Source: Alphaproteobacteria bacterium
GTDB taxonomy: Bacteria > Pseudomonadota > Alphaproteobacteria > Bin95
Assembly: GCA_965261985.1 (NCBI GenBank)
Contig: OZ253490.1
Span: 1,511,947 to 1,575,946, forward strand
Reading direction: 5' to 3'
Length of the DNA: 64,000 nt
Numbering within the stretch: position 1 is the stretch's first letter; each line of letters begins with the position of its first letter. A model generated the notes under the pieces. The model did no database searches and was not told where the DNA came from. It saw nothing but the letters and a program-made list of their open reading frames with translations. The position numbers were made by a program, and so were the translations under genes. Below, one piece after another: positions 39,287-48,062 of the stretch.

Positions 39287-39874
39287 ATGAGCGCGGGCGC
39301 GGCGCTACGCCGAAAGGGGCCGGCAGGACGGGCGACCTATCGGGACGTGCTGGATGCGCCGCCGCATATGGTGGCCGAAATCGTCGATGGCGCGCTCCAC
39401 CTGCAACCGAGGCCGGCTATCCGGCACGCCGTGGCGTCGTCGTTCCTGGGCGGGGAGCTTTTCGGCCCCTTCCAGAGAGGCCGGGGCGGGCCGGGCGGCT
39501 GGTGGATCCTCGACGAGCCGGAGCTGCATTTAGGCAAGGATGTACTGGTGCCGGACCTCGCCGGCTGGCGCCGGGAGCGGCTGCCCGAACCGCCGGACGA
39601 GGCTTTTTTCACCCTCGCGCCGGACTGGGTGTGCGAGGTGCGCGAGGTGCTTTCCCCTTCGACGAGGAAATTCGACCTTGAGGAAAAGCGCCCGGTCTAT
39701 GCGCGGGAGGGGGTCGGGCATCTCTGGCTGGTCGATCCTGCCGCCCGGACGCTGGAGGCGTTCGCCTTGTCGGGCGGCGCATGGTCTCCGGCGGGTTCGG
39801 CCAGCGACAACGAGCCGGTTTCCTTCCCGCCCTTCGAGGCCGTCGCCTTTCCCCTCGATGCCCTCTGGCCCTGA
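39287..39874 (+). CDS. Uma2-family (DUF820) putative endonuclease
   Basis: Conserved Uma2 pattern (ILDEPELHLG...VPDLAGW...PDWVCEV). 195 aa. Confidence 0.7.
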   Translation: MSAGAALRRKGPAGRATYRDVLDAPPHMVAEIVDGALHLQPRPAIRHAVASSFLGGELFGPFQRGRGGPGGWWILDEPELHLGKDVLVPDLAGWRRERLPEPPDEAFFTLAPDWVCEVREVLSPSTRKFDLEEKRPVYAREGVGHLWLVDPAARTLEAFALSGGAWSPAGSASDNEPVSFPPFEAVAFPLDALWP

Positions 39875-39925
39875 GCCGGCCGCCGCCTGAGGGCATCCAC
39901 CCCAATTCCGCCGCCCGGAGCCCCG

Positions 39926-41146
39926 ATGCCGCATATCGCCATGGTCATCCCCTCGCTTGCCGGCGGCGGGGCGGAGCGGACGGCGCTCAGGGTCGCGGGC
40001 GGGCTGGCGGCGCGGGGGCACAGGGTCGATATCGTGCTGTTCGGCCCGCATGTCGCCTATCCGCTGGAAGTGCCGGAAGCGGCGCGGCTCATCGTACTCT
40101 CGGGGCGGCGGGCATGGGCGCGGCGCAACCCCTCCACGATGCCGGCGGGCGCAGAATGGCGGCCGGAGCGCGCCTCCCTCCTGCAAGGAGCGCGGCTCGC
40201 AGCCGGCCTCGTCCGCGATTTCCCCGCCGCCGCCCCGGTGCTGCTGCGCCGCGCCGCGCTCGGCCGCGCGCGCCGCCTCGCCCGCTATGCGGCGCGCGAG
40301 CAGCCCGACATCCTGTTCGCCAATCTCGCCCAGGCGGAACATGCGGCCTTCTACGCCGCCCGCCTCGCCGGCCCGCGCGCCTTCCCGCCCGTGGTGCCGA
40401 TCATGCGCAATGTGGAGCCTCCCGGCACGCGCCACTCGCAGCGCCGCCGGCTGCTGTTCCCGGCGGCGGCGCATGTCGCGGCGGTCTCGCGCGGCGTTGC
40501 GGAGAATGTCTCGGCAGTAGTCGGCGTGCCGGAGGAACGGATCGCCGTCATCTACAACCCGGCGGTCATGCCGGAGGCGCTCCGGCGCGCGGAGGAGGAA
40601 CCGGACCATCCCTGGTTCGGGGATGGCGAACCGCCCGTGGTGCTGGGCGCGGGCCGCCTCGCGCGGCAGAAGGACTTCCCGACGCTCATCGAAGCCTTCC
40701 GGCGCGTGCTGGCGGAGCGCCCCTGCCGGCTGCTCATCCTCGGCGAGGGGCCGATGCGCCAGGAGCTCGAAAGCCGGGTGCGCCCGCTCGGCCTGGAGGG
40801 GCATGTGTCGCTGCCGGGCTGGGTGGAGAACCCTTATGCCTTCATGGCCCGCGCGGCGCTGTTCGTGCTTTCGTCGCGCCATGAGGGCTTTCCCGGCGCG
40901 CTGGTGGAGGCGCTGGCCTGCGGTTGCCCGGCGGTCTCCACCGACTGCCCGGCCGGCCCCGCGGAAATCCTGGAGGACCCGGCCCTGCTCGCCCCGGTCG
41001 GCGACCCGGAAGCGCTGGCGCAGGTCATGCTGCGCGCGCTCGCCCGGCCGGCGGACAAGCCGGCACTCCAGGCGAAGGCCGCGCGCTTCTCGATGGAGCG
41101 CGCGGTGGCGGGGTATGAACGGGTTGTCGAGAGGGTGTTGCGATAG
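39926..41146 (+). CDS. glycosyltransferase family 4
   Basis: N-terminal IPSLAGGGAER and the C-terminal EGFPGALVEALACGCPAVSTD motif of GT4 retaining glycosyltransferases. Confidence 0.8.
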   Translation: MPHIAMVIPSLAGGGAERTALRVAGGLAARGHRVDIVLFGPHVAYPLEVPEAARLIVLSGRRAWARRNPSTMPAGAEWRPERASLLQGARLAAGLVRDFPAAAPVLLRRAALGRARRLARYAAREQPDILFANLAQAEHAAFYAARLAGPRAFPPVVPIMRNVEPPGTRHSQRRRLLFPAAAHVAAVSRGVAENVSAVVGVPEERIAVIYNPAVMPEALRRAEEEPDHPWFGDGEPPVVLGAGRLARQKDFPTLIEAFRRVLAERPCRLLILGEGPMRQELESRVRPLGLEGHVSLPGWVENPYAFMARAALFVLSSRHEGFPGALVEALACGCPAVSTDCPAGPAEILEDPALLAPVGDPEALAQVMLRALARPADKPALQAKAARFSMERAVAGYERVVERVLR

Positions 41147-41163
41147 CGGGTAGGCGCTCGCGG

Positions 41164-41979
41164 TCAGCCGGGCAGGTCTCCGGGGCCGCGCGATCCGTAT
41201 GTCAAGATCCGGCCCCGCTGGCGGGTGCGCACAGTAAAGCCGGCGTCGCGGAGCAGCGTCTCGCAAGCATCGCTTGTCCGGCTGCCCTGGCGTTCGGGGC
41301 CGGTGTCGATGGCGATGCGCGCCGTCCGCCGGAGCAATTCCCGCCCGCCTTCGAGCACTTCCGGTTCCGCGCCTTCGGCATCGCATTTGAGGAACGCCAG
41401 CGCGTCTATCCCGTGGTCCTCGGCAATCCGGTCCAGCGTGGTGGCCCGGCGGCTGACCGTGCCTGTAGCGCTTTCAGCGTCGTCTGCGCCGAAAATCGAG
41501 CTGTCCGCCTGCGAAGCGGCAAGGCTGAATGTCAGCTCTTCCTCTGCGTTCCAGACCAGCGCGTCGATGACGGTCAGCGAGTCCCGGCCCGCCAGATTCC
41601 GTCGGAGGCAGGCCAGCGCGTCCGGGTCGGGTTCGACCGCATAGACGGTCCGCCCTTCGTTCAGGGCCAGTAGCGAGAACTCTCCGGCATATGCGCCAAT
41701 GTCGAGAACCGGGCCGGGCGGCGGGGCGAGGGCGCTGAAGAAATACTGTGCGTCGAGGCTGCTCAGGCGGGCGGCTAACCCCCTCCTGTAGCGCAGCCAG
41801 CTCGCCGGCGAAACGCCGAACACCGAGCCGTCCGGCGCCGCAATTTCGCAGTAGCCGTCCACTTCCCGCAATTGCAGCGGGACGCGTCGTTGATAGCCCA
41901 CCGCTGCGTAAAACCGGTGACGCGCGAATTTGAACCGCGCGGCCGGCGGCAGCCCTCTGGCGTCCTTGCGAACCGTCAT
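41164..41979 (-). CDS. FkbM-family methyltransferase
   Basis: DIGAYAGEF SAM-binding motif and FkbM domain layout. Start ATG at 41979. 271 aa. Confidence 0.7.
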   Translation of the reverse strand: MTVRKDARGLPPAARFKFARHRFYAAVGYQRRVPLQLREVDGYCEIAAPDGSVFGVSPASWLRYRRGLAARLSSLDAQYFFSALAPPPGPVLDIGAYAGEFSLLALNEGRTVYAVEPDPDALACLRRNLAGRDSLTVIDALVWNAEEELTFSLAASQADSSIFGADDAESATGTVSRRATTLDRIAEDHGIDALAFLKCDAEGAEPEVLEGGRELLRRTARIAIDTGPERQGSRTSDACETLLRDAGFTVRTRQRGRILTYGSRGPGDLPG

Positions 41980-42095
41980 GTCTTCCCGCTTGCCCTGCAC
42001 TCGCCCGCCGGGAGCAATGCCTTGGCTCTTATCATGACACCGGTCCCATGTCTTGCCGCCGGTAAACCGAAGCGGCGTTCGGGGTTGGAAGAGCG

Positions 42096-43001
42096 ATGAC
42101 ACCCCTCCGGCTGATCCCGAGGCGCATGCTGCCGCGCAATGCGTGGGGGGACAGGGAGTTCTGTCGGCGGCGGTTCGTGCGGAGGCAAGGGCGGCGACCG
42201 GGTCTGCGCGGTTCGGAGCGCCTCACCGACCTGCTCTACAGGATTAAAACAGATGGTTCGCTTCTCGACCCTCTGTGCCAGTTCGTGACCGACAAGGAGT
42301 TTGCGAAGCAATATATCGAGAACGCGGTCGGCCCGGGTTATGTGCCGGAGACCTATAAGGTCTTGAGAAACGCCGAGGACATAAGAGCTTTCGTCCCTGA
42401 TCGCGCCCCCTGCGTGTTGAAGCCAACGCATTTGAGCGGCCCGGTTCTCTTCCATACTGACCCGGACGAGGACATTGACCGCGACCTGCTTTTCGAATGG
42501 CTGAAGAAGGAGCGATATACCAGCACAAGGGAGGCCAATTACCGCTTCCTCCGGCCCAAGGTCATTGTCGAGGAATTCCTATCTGAGGACGGCGTGTCCG
42601 TGCCGAAGGATTACAAGCTGTTCTGCTTTCGCGGAGTCCCGAAGATGGTCCAGGTGGACTCGGACAGATTTGGCGAACACACGCAGAATTTCTACGATTT
42701 GGATTGGAATCGGTTGCCAGTCACCTATGGCGTGCCAACCGGGCAAGAGGACGACGACAAGCCACGGCTGTTGGACGAAATTCTAACCGTGTCGTCAAAA
42801 TTATGCTCGCCCTTCTCGTTCGTTCGAGTGGACTTGTATGTGAGCGAGACAGTCATCAAGGCCGGCGAACTGACATTCAGCCCGCGAGGTGTGAACGATT
42901 TGCTGCTTCCGCCCGCCGCCGACATCGAACTCGCAAAGCTCTTCGACCCGGATTACCGGCTGGATGCGAGGGCCTGCGCCGAGGCATGGGCGAACGGTTA
43001 A
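42096..43001 (+). CDS. ATP-grasp fold protein, TupA-like (teichuronopeptide-type amidoligase family)
   Basis: DYKLFCFRGVPKMVQVDSDRF..HTQNFYDLDWN and SPFSFVRVDLY match the TupA-like ATP-grasp family. The gene body is visibly lower in GC. Confidence 0.6.
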   Translation: MTPLRLIPRRMLPRNAWGDREFCRRRFVRRQGRRPGLRGSERLTDLLYRIKTDGSLLDPLCQFVTDKEFAKQYIENAVGPGYVPETYKVLRNAEDIRAFVPDRAPCVLKPTHLSGPVLFHTDPDEDIDRDLLFEWLKKERYTSTREANYRFLRPKVIVEEFLSEDGVSVPKDYKLFCFRGVPKMVQVDSDRFGEHTQNFYDLDWNRLPVTYGVPTGQEDDDKPRLLDEILTVSSKLCSPFSFVRVDLYVSETVIKAGELTFSPRGVNDLLLPPAADIELAKLFDPDYRLDARACAEAWANG

Positions 43002-43181
43002 TTGGCGGTCAGGCACTTGCCGCTGGAGACGATGACCATGCGCCTGACGGGCGGCGGCAGCGACCGCCGCCTGCGGGCGTTCTTTTCCCTTACCCTGCTG
43101 CCAATGACCGGAATCGTGGCCGGAAATTCATGGGCGATTCTGGCGGCCATGTAGCAGGGAAACTCGGTGCTCGGTAGTGTT

Positions 43182-43913
43182 TCACTTCGACTTTCGGGCT
43201 GCGTGCATGTGCAGCCGGTCGCCCCAGCGGTAGCAAGTCGCTGCCAGGTGTTCGAGCCGGGTTCGCTTGACCTTTGGCCTGGTCTCGATGGTGGGCGGAA
43301 CGCCCGCGTGGGTGACGATGGCCGGATCGACGGCGAGGAAGGTCAGCCCGTTCTGCCACCATTCCGCATAGAGCCAGTCTATCGGCGCGCGGATGCGCCA
43401 GCAGTAGTGAAGCAACGCCTCGGCCGCTTCCAGCCGGATGAGATAGCCGACGGCTCCGCCGAAGCGGCGGCGATACCGGACAAGCCAGCGGACACCGTCC
43501 AGCACGGCGAGCGCCCGGTCAATGCGGTATCGCCGTTTCGGCGCGAGGTTCACGATGTCCCATTCCGCATCGGTTTTCAGGATTTCCTCGACGATGACGG
43601 CAAACCCGTCCTCCAGCCGCGCGTCGTCTTGCAGGATGACGGCGTAGGGCGTCTTGGTCTCGACCATGCGTTGCCAGATAAGCCAGTTCGACAGCAGGCA
43701 GCCGATCTGACCCGGAGCCAGTTCGCGGCCCCGCATGATGCGCCACCACCCGGTCTGCATCCGGTGGCGGTATTCGCTCTCGTCCAGTGCGTTCCCGTCC
43801 ACGGCGTCGAAGAATTCGAAGTCGAACCCGGCAAGCTCCTGCTGCATGGCTGCACGGCGCTCGACGTCCCGTGCAAGGGAGATAACGAAGATCGGCGGAA
43901 TGGTGCTTGACAT
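43182..43913 (-). CDS. glycosyltransferase family 25 (LPS biosynthesis Lic2B/LpsA-like)
   Basis: IFVISLARDVERR N-terminus typical of GT25. Start ATG at 43913. Confidence 0.7.
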   Translation of the reverse strand: MSSTIPPIFVISLARDVERRAAMQQELAGFDFEFFDAVDGNALDESEYRHRMQTGWWRIMRGRELAPGQIGCLLSNWLIWQRMVETKTPYAVILQDDARLEDGFAVIVEEILKTDAEWDIVNLAPKRRYRIDRALAVLDGVRWLVRYRRRFGGAVGYLIRLEAAEALLHYCWRIRAPIDWLYAEWWQNGLTFLAVDPAIVTHAGVPPTIETRPKVKRTRLEHLAATCYRWGDRLHMHAARKSK

Positions 43914-44099
43914 GGGGAAAATATACGAAAGTGCCCACGGGCCGTCATTCTGACGGCTTTGGCTCCCGCTTGAGATAGTCCCATTCATCCACGCCGCGGG
44001 GCGGGGCGGTCATCAGCGCACGAAGCACATTCTCCGGGCTGTCGGGGATACGCTCCGGCATGGGCTTCTCGACCGGTCGGTCGCGCTTGTGGGAATGGA

Positions 44100-44912
44100 T
44101 CATGGGCGACCTCCCTCTTGCTGCGGTGTTTCACTGTAGGGGATTCGCGTCTTACGCACTACGCCGAGCGCGGACAGAGTCAACACGCGGGCCTTGTAGG
44201 GAATTACGCCGACATTCCGCCGTAAGCGGTGCCAGACACTGGTACGCCCGCGCATTCTAGCCCTTTCCCGCCACTGCTGTTGATCGGTTCCATACTCCGC
44301 TCTTTGCCTCGCCATATCTGGGACAATCTGCATCGGGCGCAGCCGCCGTGCCGTCTTTGAGTAGCGAAGATCGAACAGGGTATGGTCCACTGTATGGTCC
44401 GGGTTCGCAAACGCCGCCAGTGCGATCTGCGCGCCGCGCCGGTCGATGATGTAAGCGGCTGAGCCCCCACACCATCTCTCCAGCCGCTGTATCGCACGAC
44501 CGGTTGGGGTCCTGCCCGTCGGGCACCACAGCGGCCGAGAGTGGCTATAACCTTCTTCGAGCCTGATGATAAGTCCCTCGGACGGCCACCAATCCGTTTC
44601 AGTCAGCAGGAGCCGCGTGTCGGAAGCCAGTTCAGCATCGTCTTCAAGGATTAGCGCCGCCGGCGCATCCGAGTCGAGAAGCTCGATCATGGCCTTGCTG
44701 TGTCCGAGCATGTTCGCCGCCGATCCGAGGTTGATGCGCCAGAACGGCGGATTGCCGTTGGCGTCGCTCTGCCATTCCTCTTGAGCGGCGAGCGAGCGAG
44801 CATCGACAGCGGGGATGCGCGTTGCCCCGATGCCCAGGCGATCGAGCTGTTCCGACATCATCGCCCACCGATCCGGGCGGCGGTCGAGATTGATGACGAA
44901 GACAGGCAGCAT
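44100..44912 (-). CDS. glycosyltransferase family 25
   Basis: VFVINLDRRPDRW N-terminus, a paralog of the previous gene. Confidence 0.7.
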   Translation of the reverse strand: MLPVFVINLDRRPDRWAMMSEQLDRLGIGATRIPAVDARSLAAQEEWQSDANGNPPFWRINLGSAANMLGHSKAMIELLDSDAPAALILEDDAELASDTRLLLTETDWWPSEGLIIRLEEGYSHSRPLWCPTGRTPTGRAIQRLERWCGGSAAYIIDRRGAQIALAAFANPDHTVDHTLFDLRYSKTARRLRPMQIVPDMARQRAEYGTDQQQWRERARMRGRTSVWHRLRRNVGVIPYKARVLTLSALGVVRKTRIPYSETPQQEGGRP

Positions 44913-45095
44913 GACAGACCCCGCAAGGCCCGTCGCTGGTGCCGGGCCGTTGTGACCGATCCACAGGAATGCAGAGAGTCCTGTCTATTCGCCGGGCATA
45001 GGGGAACAACCACGCGGCCGCGCGTCGGCTGTTCTATTCAGCAGGCGGCCCAACGAAGCGGGATGCCCATGGACTAGTCACGAGGTCAGTCTGCT

Positions 45096-45206
45096 TTACA
45101 GGAAATATCGGCGCAAGCACGCCGCGAGTCCTTCGGCAAGGACGAGCGCGCTTCGTTCCGCGCCGCCGCCGGTCAGGCTGCGCAGCATCAGGCCGATATG
45201 GGCCAT
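45096..45206 (-). pseudogene. truncated N-terminal remnant of a glycosyltransferase family 4 (GT4) glycosyltransferase
   Basis: MAHIGLMLRSLTGGGAERSALVLAEGL parallels the N-terminus of the GT4 at 39926 (MPHIAMVIPSLAGGGAERTALRVAGGL) and stops after 36 codons. Confidence 0.5.
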
Positions 45207-45878
45207 TTCGAGGTCCGACCCCGCCGGGAGTGAAGCTGCGGTTATACAGCAAGCGGTCGGCGGTCGCGGCATCTTCGCCAGAGGCGGCGAGGCGCAATTG
45301 GAAAAATTTCTGTTTTGTTCTCCTGGGGGACTTGATTCTGGAAATTCTGTGGTAGCATGAATCAGGAGCAAGCGGTGTCCGGACGCCGCTTCGCCTGGCG
45401 CCGGCGCGAAAAACACCCAATGGAACAGACAGGAGACGTGTGCCTTGCGCTTGCCCGCGCGCGGGCAATCAGGCGCGCAAAGCCGCGCCGGCGCGAACGC
45501 AGGCGCACGCGCACATGCAATACGCGCGAAAAAGGGCGCTTCCCCGGAACCCGGCGGCGGCGCGAACCGGGCGACCGGGGCGTGGCGGACGGGGGCAGTT
45601 ATCTGCGGGACGGCCGAAGGTCGCGCCATCTTCCCGGCGGCCGCAAGGTGCCATACGAAAAAATTATAAAACACAAAAGAAAACGGTATTGGCTCTTATC
45701 CAGTGCCGTTGCCAGATTGCTGTTGTCCGGTTCGGAGTTTGCCGGTTCCGGGCGAACGGGGTCGAAAACGACGGCGTAACGCCGAAGAGAGGGAAAAGTG
45801 GACGTTCCGAAACAGGCGGCAAACCCCGGGAAGGCACACAACCGGGATGCCGAAAACCGGAAGAGAGGCCGCCGCGCC

Positions 45879-45986
45879 ATGGCGGCTGCGGGGCTCGCGC
45901 CGGCCGTATTGGCCGTGGCGGTCTTCGCGCTCACCGCCGGCCCGGAGCAGGCGCACGCCTGCTTCCTCGGCATCCCCTGCCGGTAG
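45879..45986 (+). CDS. small ORF: signal-peptide-like segment plus an 8-aa Cys-containing tail (MAAAGLAPAVLAVAVFALTAGPEQAHA|CFLGIPCR)
   Basis: GAAGAGAGG Shine-Dalgarno site upstream of the ATG at 45879. An alternative GTG start at 45798 adds a basic N-terminal region ending in RKRGRR. Followed by two hairpins, including a canonical intrinsic terminator. Confidence 0.35.
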   Translation: MAAAGLAPAVLAVAVFALTAGPEQAHACFLGIPCR

Positions 45987-46012
45987 CGGTTTCCTCCCCT
46001 GCTACCGGCAAC

Positions 46013-46051
46013 GCAGCCGGCGGGCCCCCCACCCGCCGGCTGCATTCTTTT
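46013..46051 (+). terminator. Rho-independent terminator
   Basis: GCAGCCGGCGGG-CCCCCCA-CCCGCCGGCTGC forms a perfect 12-bp GC stem followed by ATTCTTTT. It is preceded by a second hairpin (CCGGTAGC...GCTACCGG, 45980-46008) spanning the small-ORF stop. Confidence 0.7.
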
Positions 46052-46276
46052 GCGCGGAGGGCTGCCGCCTCCTCCGAAGCTCCTCGCCCCGCTTGCGGGG
46101 AGAGGCCGGGCGAGGGGCAGCGGTGCGGACCTCGACGCGGAGGATTGCGTGGTAAACCTGTTACGGGAGGCGGCGTCCGGCGCCGCGGGACGGCATGGGC
46201 AGCGGTTTTCGGAAAAGCAGGGGAAGGCCCGTCCGGCGGCCGGGGCGCAGGGGGCCTCATGACAAAACATGACATT

Positions 46277-47902
46277 TCGTAACTGCCCAGGATGTTGGTC
46301 GTAGGGGCGTTGGCGCCTGGGGTAGTTTCAGGCGTATCGGATTTCGTCGATGAAGCTGCGAGGCGACCCCATCAGGGTGTTGAGGACGTCCCGGCCCTGC
46401 TTTTGAGCGGTGGCGATGATTGTGCGCAGTATGGCGAAGTCGTCTGCGCCGCTTCGGGAGCGGAAGCCTCCGGAGATTTTCTGGCGCAGTTTCATCATGC
46501 GCAGGTCGCGCTCGGCCTCATTATTGGTGAAGGGGACCTGTGGGTCGGTCAGGAAGCGCAGGGTCTCGTCCCGGCGCTCATGCAGGCGCAAAGCGAGGTT
46601 GTGACCCTTGCGCCGCCTCGGGGCCCCGCGCCGGCCGGGCGAGGAGAGCGGCGGCTGGTTCTCATGGAACGCCATCGCCTCGACAAGCAGCCGGTCGTAG
46701 CCGCGCACCAGACGCGCCAACAAACGCCCCGGAACGGCCATGTCCCGCTCCCGCGCCAGCCGCGCCACGCGCCGGGCCCGAAGCAGATGACGCTGCATGC
46801 GCCGGGCCCAGTCCTCCTTGTCGAACTCCACAAGCGCCTGCAACTCCCGAAGGTGATGCGCGTTGCAAAGCGCATGCTCCACACCCGCCATCGGCCAGTA
46901 GCATTGCCAGTGGTCGTGCACTGCGACCCCGGACACCCCCGCAGGCACGGCGCCGCGCCGCTCGCTCACCCGATACGCCGCCAGCAAGAGCCTGCCCCGG
47001 ACCCGATCCGGGGATGTGCAGATCACATGGAGCCACCGCGTGCGTGCGCCAATGCGAAGTCCGGTCTCGTCCAGATGCTTCACACGCGCCCCGACCGCCG
47101 CAAGCTCCTCTATATGCCCGCCCGCAGCCTGAAAACGCTCCGCCGCACGACGGCTCATCGACGCCAGCGTCGCAGGCGACACGCGCGCTCCGAACAAAAC
47201 CCCCAGAACCTCCGACAGCCGGCGCTCCGGAAGGAACTGCGCATGACGGAGCCATACCGCAACGCCCGAAAGACGAGGGCCATACTGAACCGGACCCGAT
47301 ACGCCATCGGGAAACGCCGCCCGCGTCACAGCCCCGCAACGCCCGCAGCGACACGCATGGCCGCGATGCTCCGTCACTTCCAAAGGACGCGGCTCAGGAA
47401 GGTCGAATACCTGACGCGCTACCGGCGCGCCCACAAAAGACGCTCCCAAAAGAGACGCCCCGCAGCCCCCGCACGCCGCTGGAACATGGTCCTTCACACG
47501 GTCCGGGCTCGCCGTCCGGCACAGCGTCCGGCCCTTGTGGCCCGGCTGACCGCCCGGCTTGCGATCCGTCTTGCCACGAAGGCTCTGTGTGCGGCGCTCA
47601 GACGACGGCTTCTTCAAACCGTCGCTCGAAGGAGGCTTGCCGCTATTGCCGCTGTTCAGACCGAGACGGCGCTCCAGCTCACCTATCCGCTCCCGAAACC
47701 GCGCGGTCTCCTCCCGAAGCGAGGCGTTCTCCTCCCGAAGCCAAGCGGTCTCCAACTCAAGACGCGCGATCTTCTGTCCGGAAGTCTCGGACCCGGCCAC
47801 CCTCAATGGGTCAAACGGCTCGGAACGACTCATCCAAAGGTTGACTCATTTTTCGTTCCCACCGTCAACCCCATAACCAAATCTGACATCCTGGGCAGTT
47901 AC
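46277..47902 (-). mobile_element. IS66-family insertion sequence, single-ORF (ISBst12-like) type
   Basis: Perfect 17-19-bp terminal inverted repeats GTAACTGCCCAGGATGT begin with the IS66-typical GTAA. The only internal ORF is a TnpC-like transposase. The element is flanked by an 18-bp direct repeat GACAAAACATGACATTTC. Confidence 0.8.
46328..47833 (-). CDS. IS66-family transposase (TnpC-like)
   Basis: 501 aa with an N-terminal leucine-zipper-like region, a CxxC...CxxC zinc-finger region and an IS66 transposase core. Confidence 0.85.
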   Translation of the reverse strand: MSRSEPFDPLRVAGSETSGQKIARLELETAWLREENASLREETARFRERIGELERRLGLNSGNSGKPPSSDGLKKPSSERRTQSLRGKTDRKPGGQPGHKGRTLCRTASPDRVKDHVPAACGGCGASLLGASFVGAPVARQVFDLPEPRPLEVTEHRGHACRCGRCGAVTRAAFPDGVSGPVQYGPRLSGVAVWLRHAQFLPERRLSEVLGVLFGARVSPATLASMSRRAAERFQAAGGHIEELAAVGARVKHLDETGLRIGARTRWLHVICTSPDRVRGRLLLAAYRVSERRGAVPAGVSGVAVHDHWQCYWPMAGVEHALCNAHHLRELQALVEFDKEDWARRMQRHLLRARRVARLARERDMAVPGRLLARLVRGYDRLLVEAMAFHENQPPLSSPGRRGAPRRRKGHNLALRLHERRDETLRFLTDPQVPFTNNEAERDLRMMKLRQKISGGFRSRSGADDFAILRTIIATAQKQGRDVLNTLMGSPRSFIDEIRYA

Positions 47903-48062
47903 GACAAAACATGACATTTCATGACATGTCGCGACCGTCCCGGCCCGACGGCGGGAGGGGGAAAAGAGGAGCGGCAGCGACGGCGGGGCGCAGACCATGA
48001 CACGAGTGAGGAATCCGGGCTAAAATCGCGCCTTGTTTCCACAGCAGCCGGGGAGGAAGCGC

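Larger units (their letters stand above)
45331..46276 (+). repeat. copy A of a novel dispersed repeat family (long variant), with promoter-like start, 5' hairpin, embedded small ORF and terminators, interrupted at its 3' end by IS66
   Basis: About 230 bp (45361-45590) align with copies at 55501-55730. A CTTGAT-N17-TAGCAT promoter-like motif sits at 45331-45358. The copy ends in an ATGACA direct repeat. Confidence 0.7.

Noticed and set aside
45096-45674. 192-aa minus-strand ORF upstream of repeat copy A
   Set aside because: Only the last 36 codons resemble a protein (the GT4 N-terminus). The rest overlaps the non-coding repeat and is an ORF artefact.
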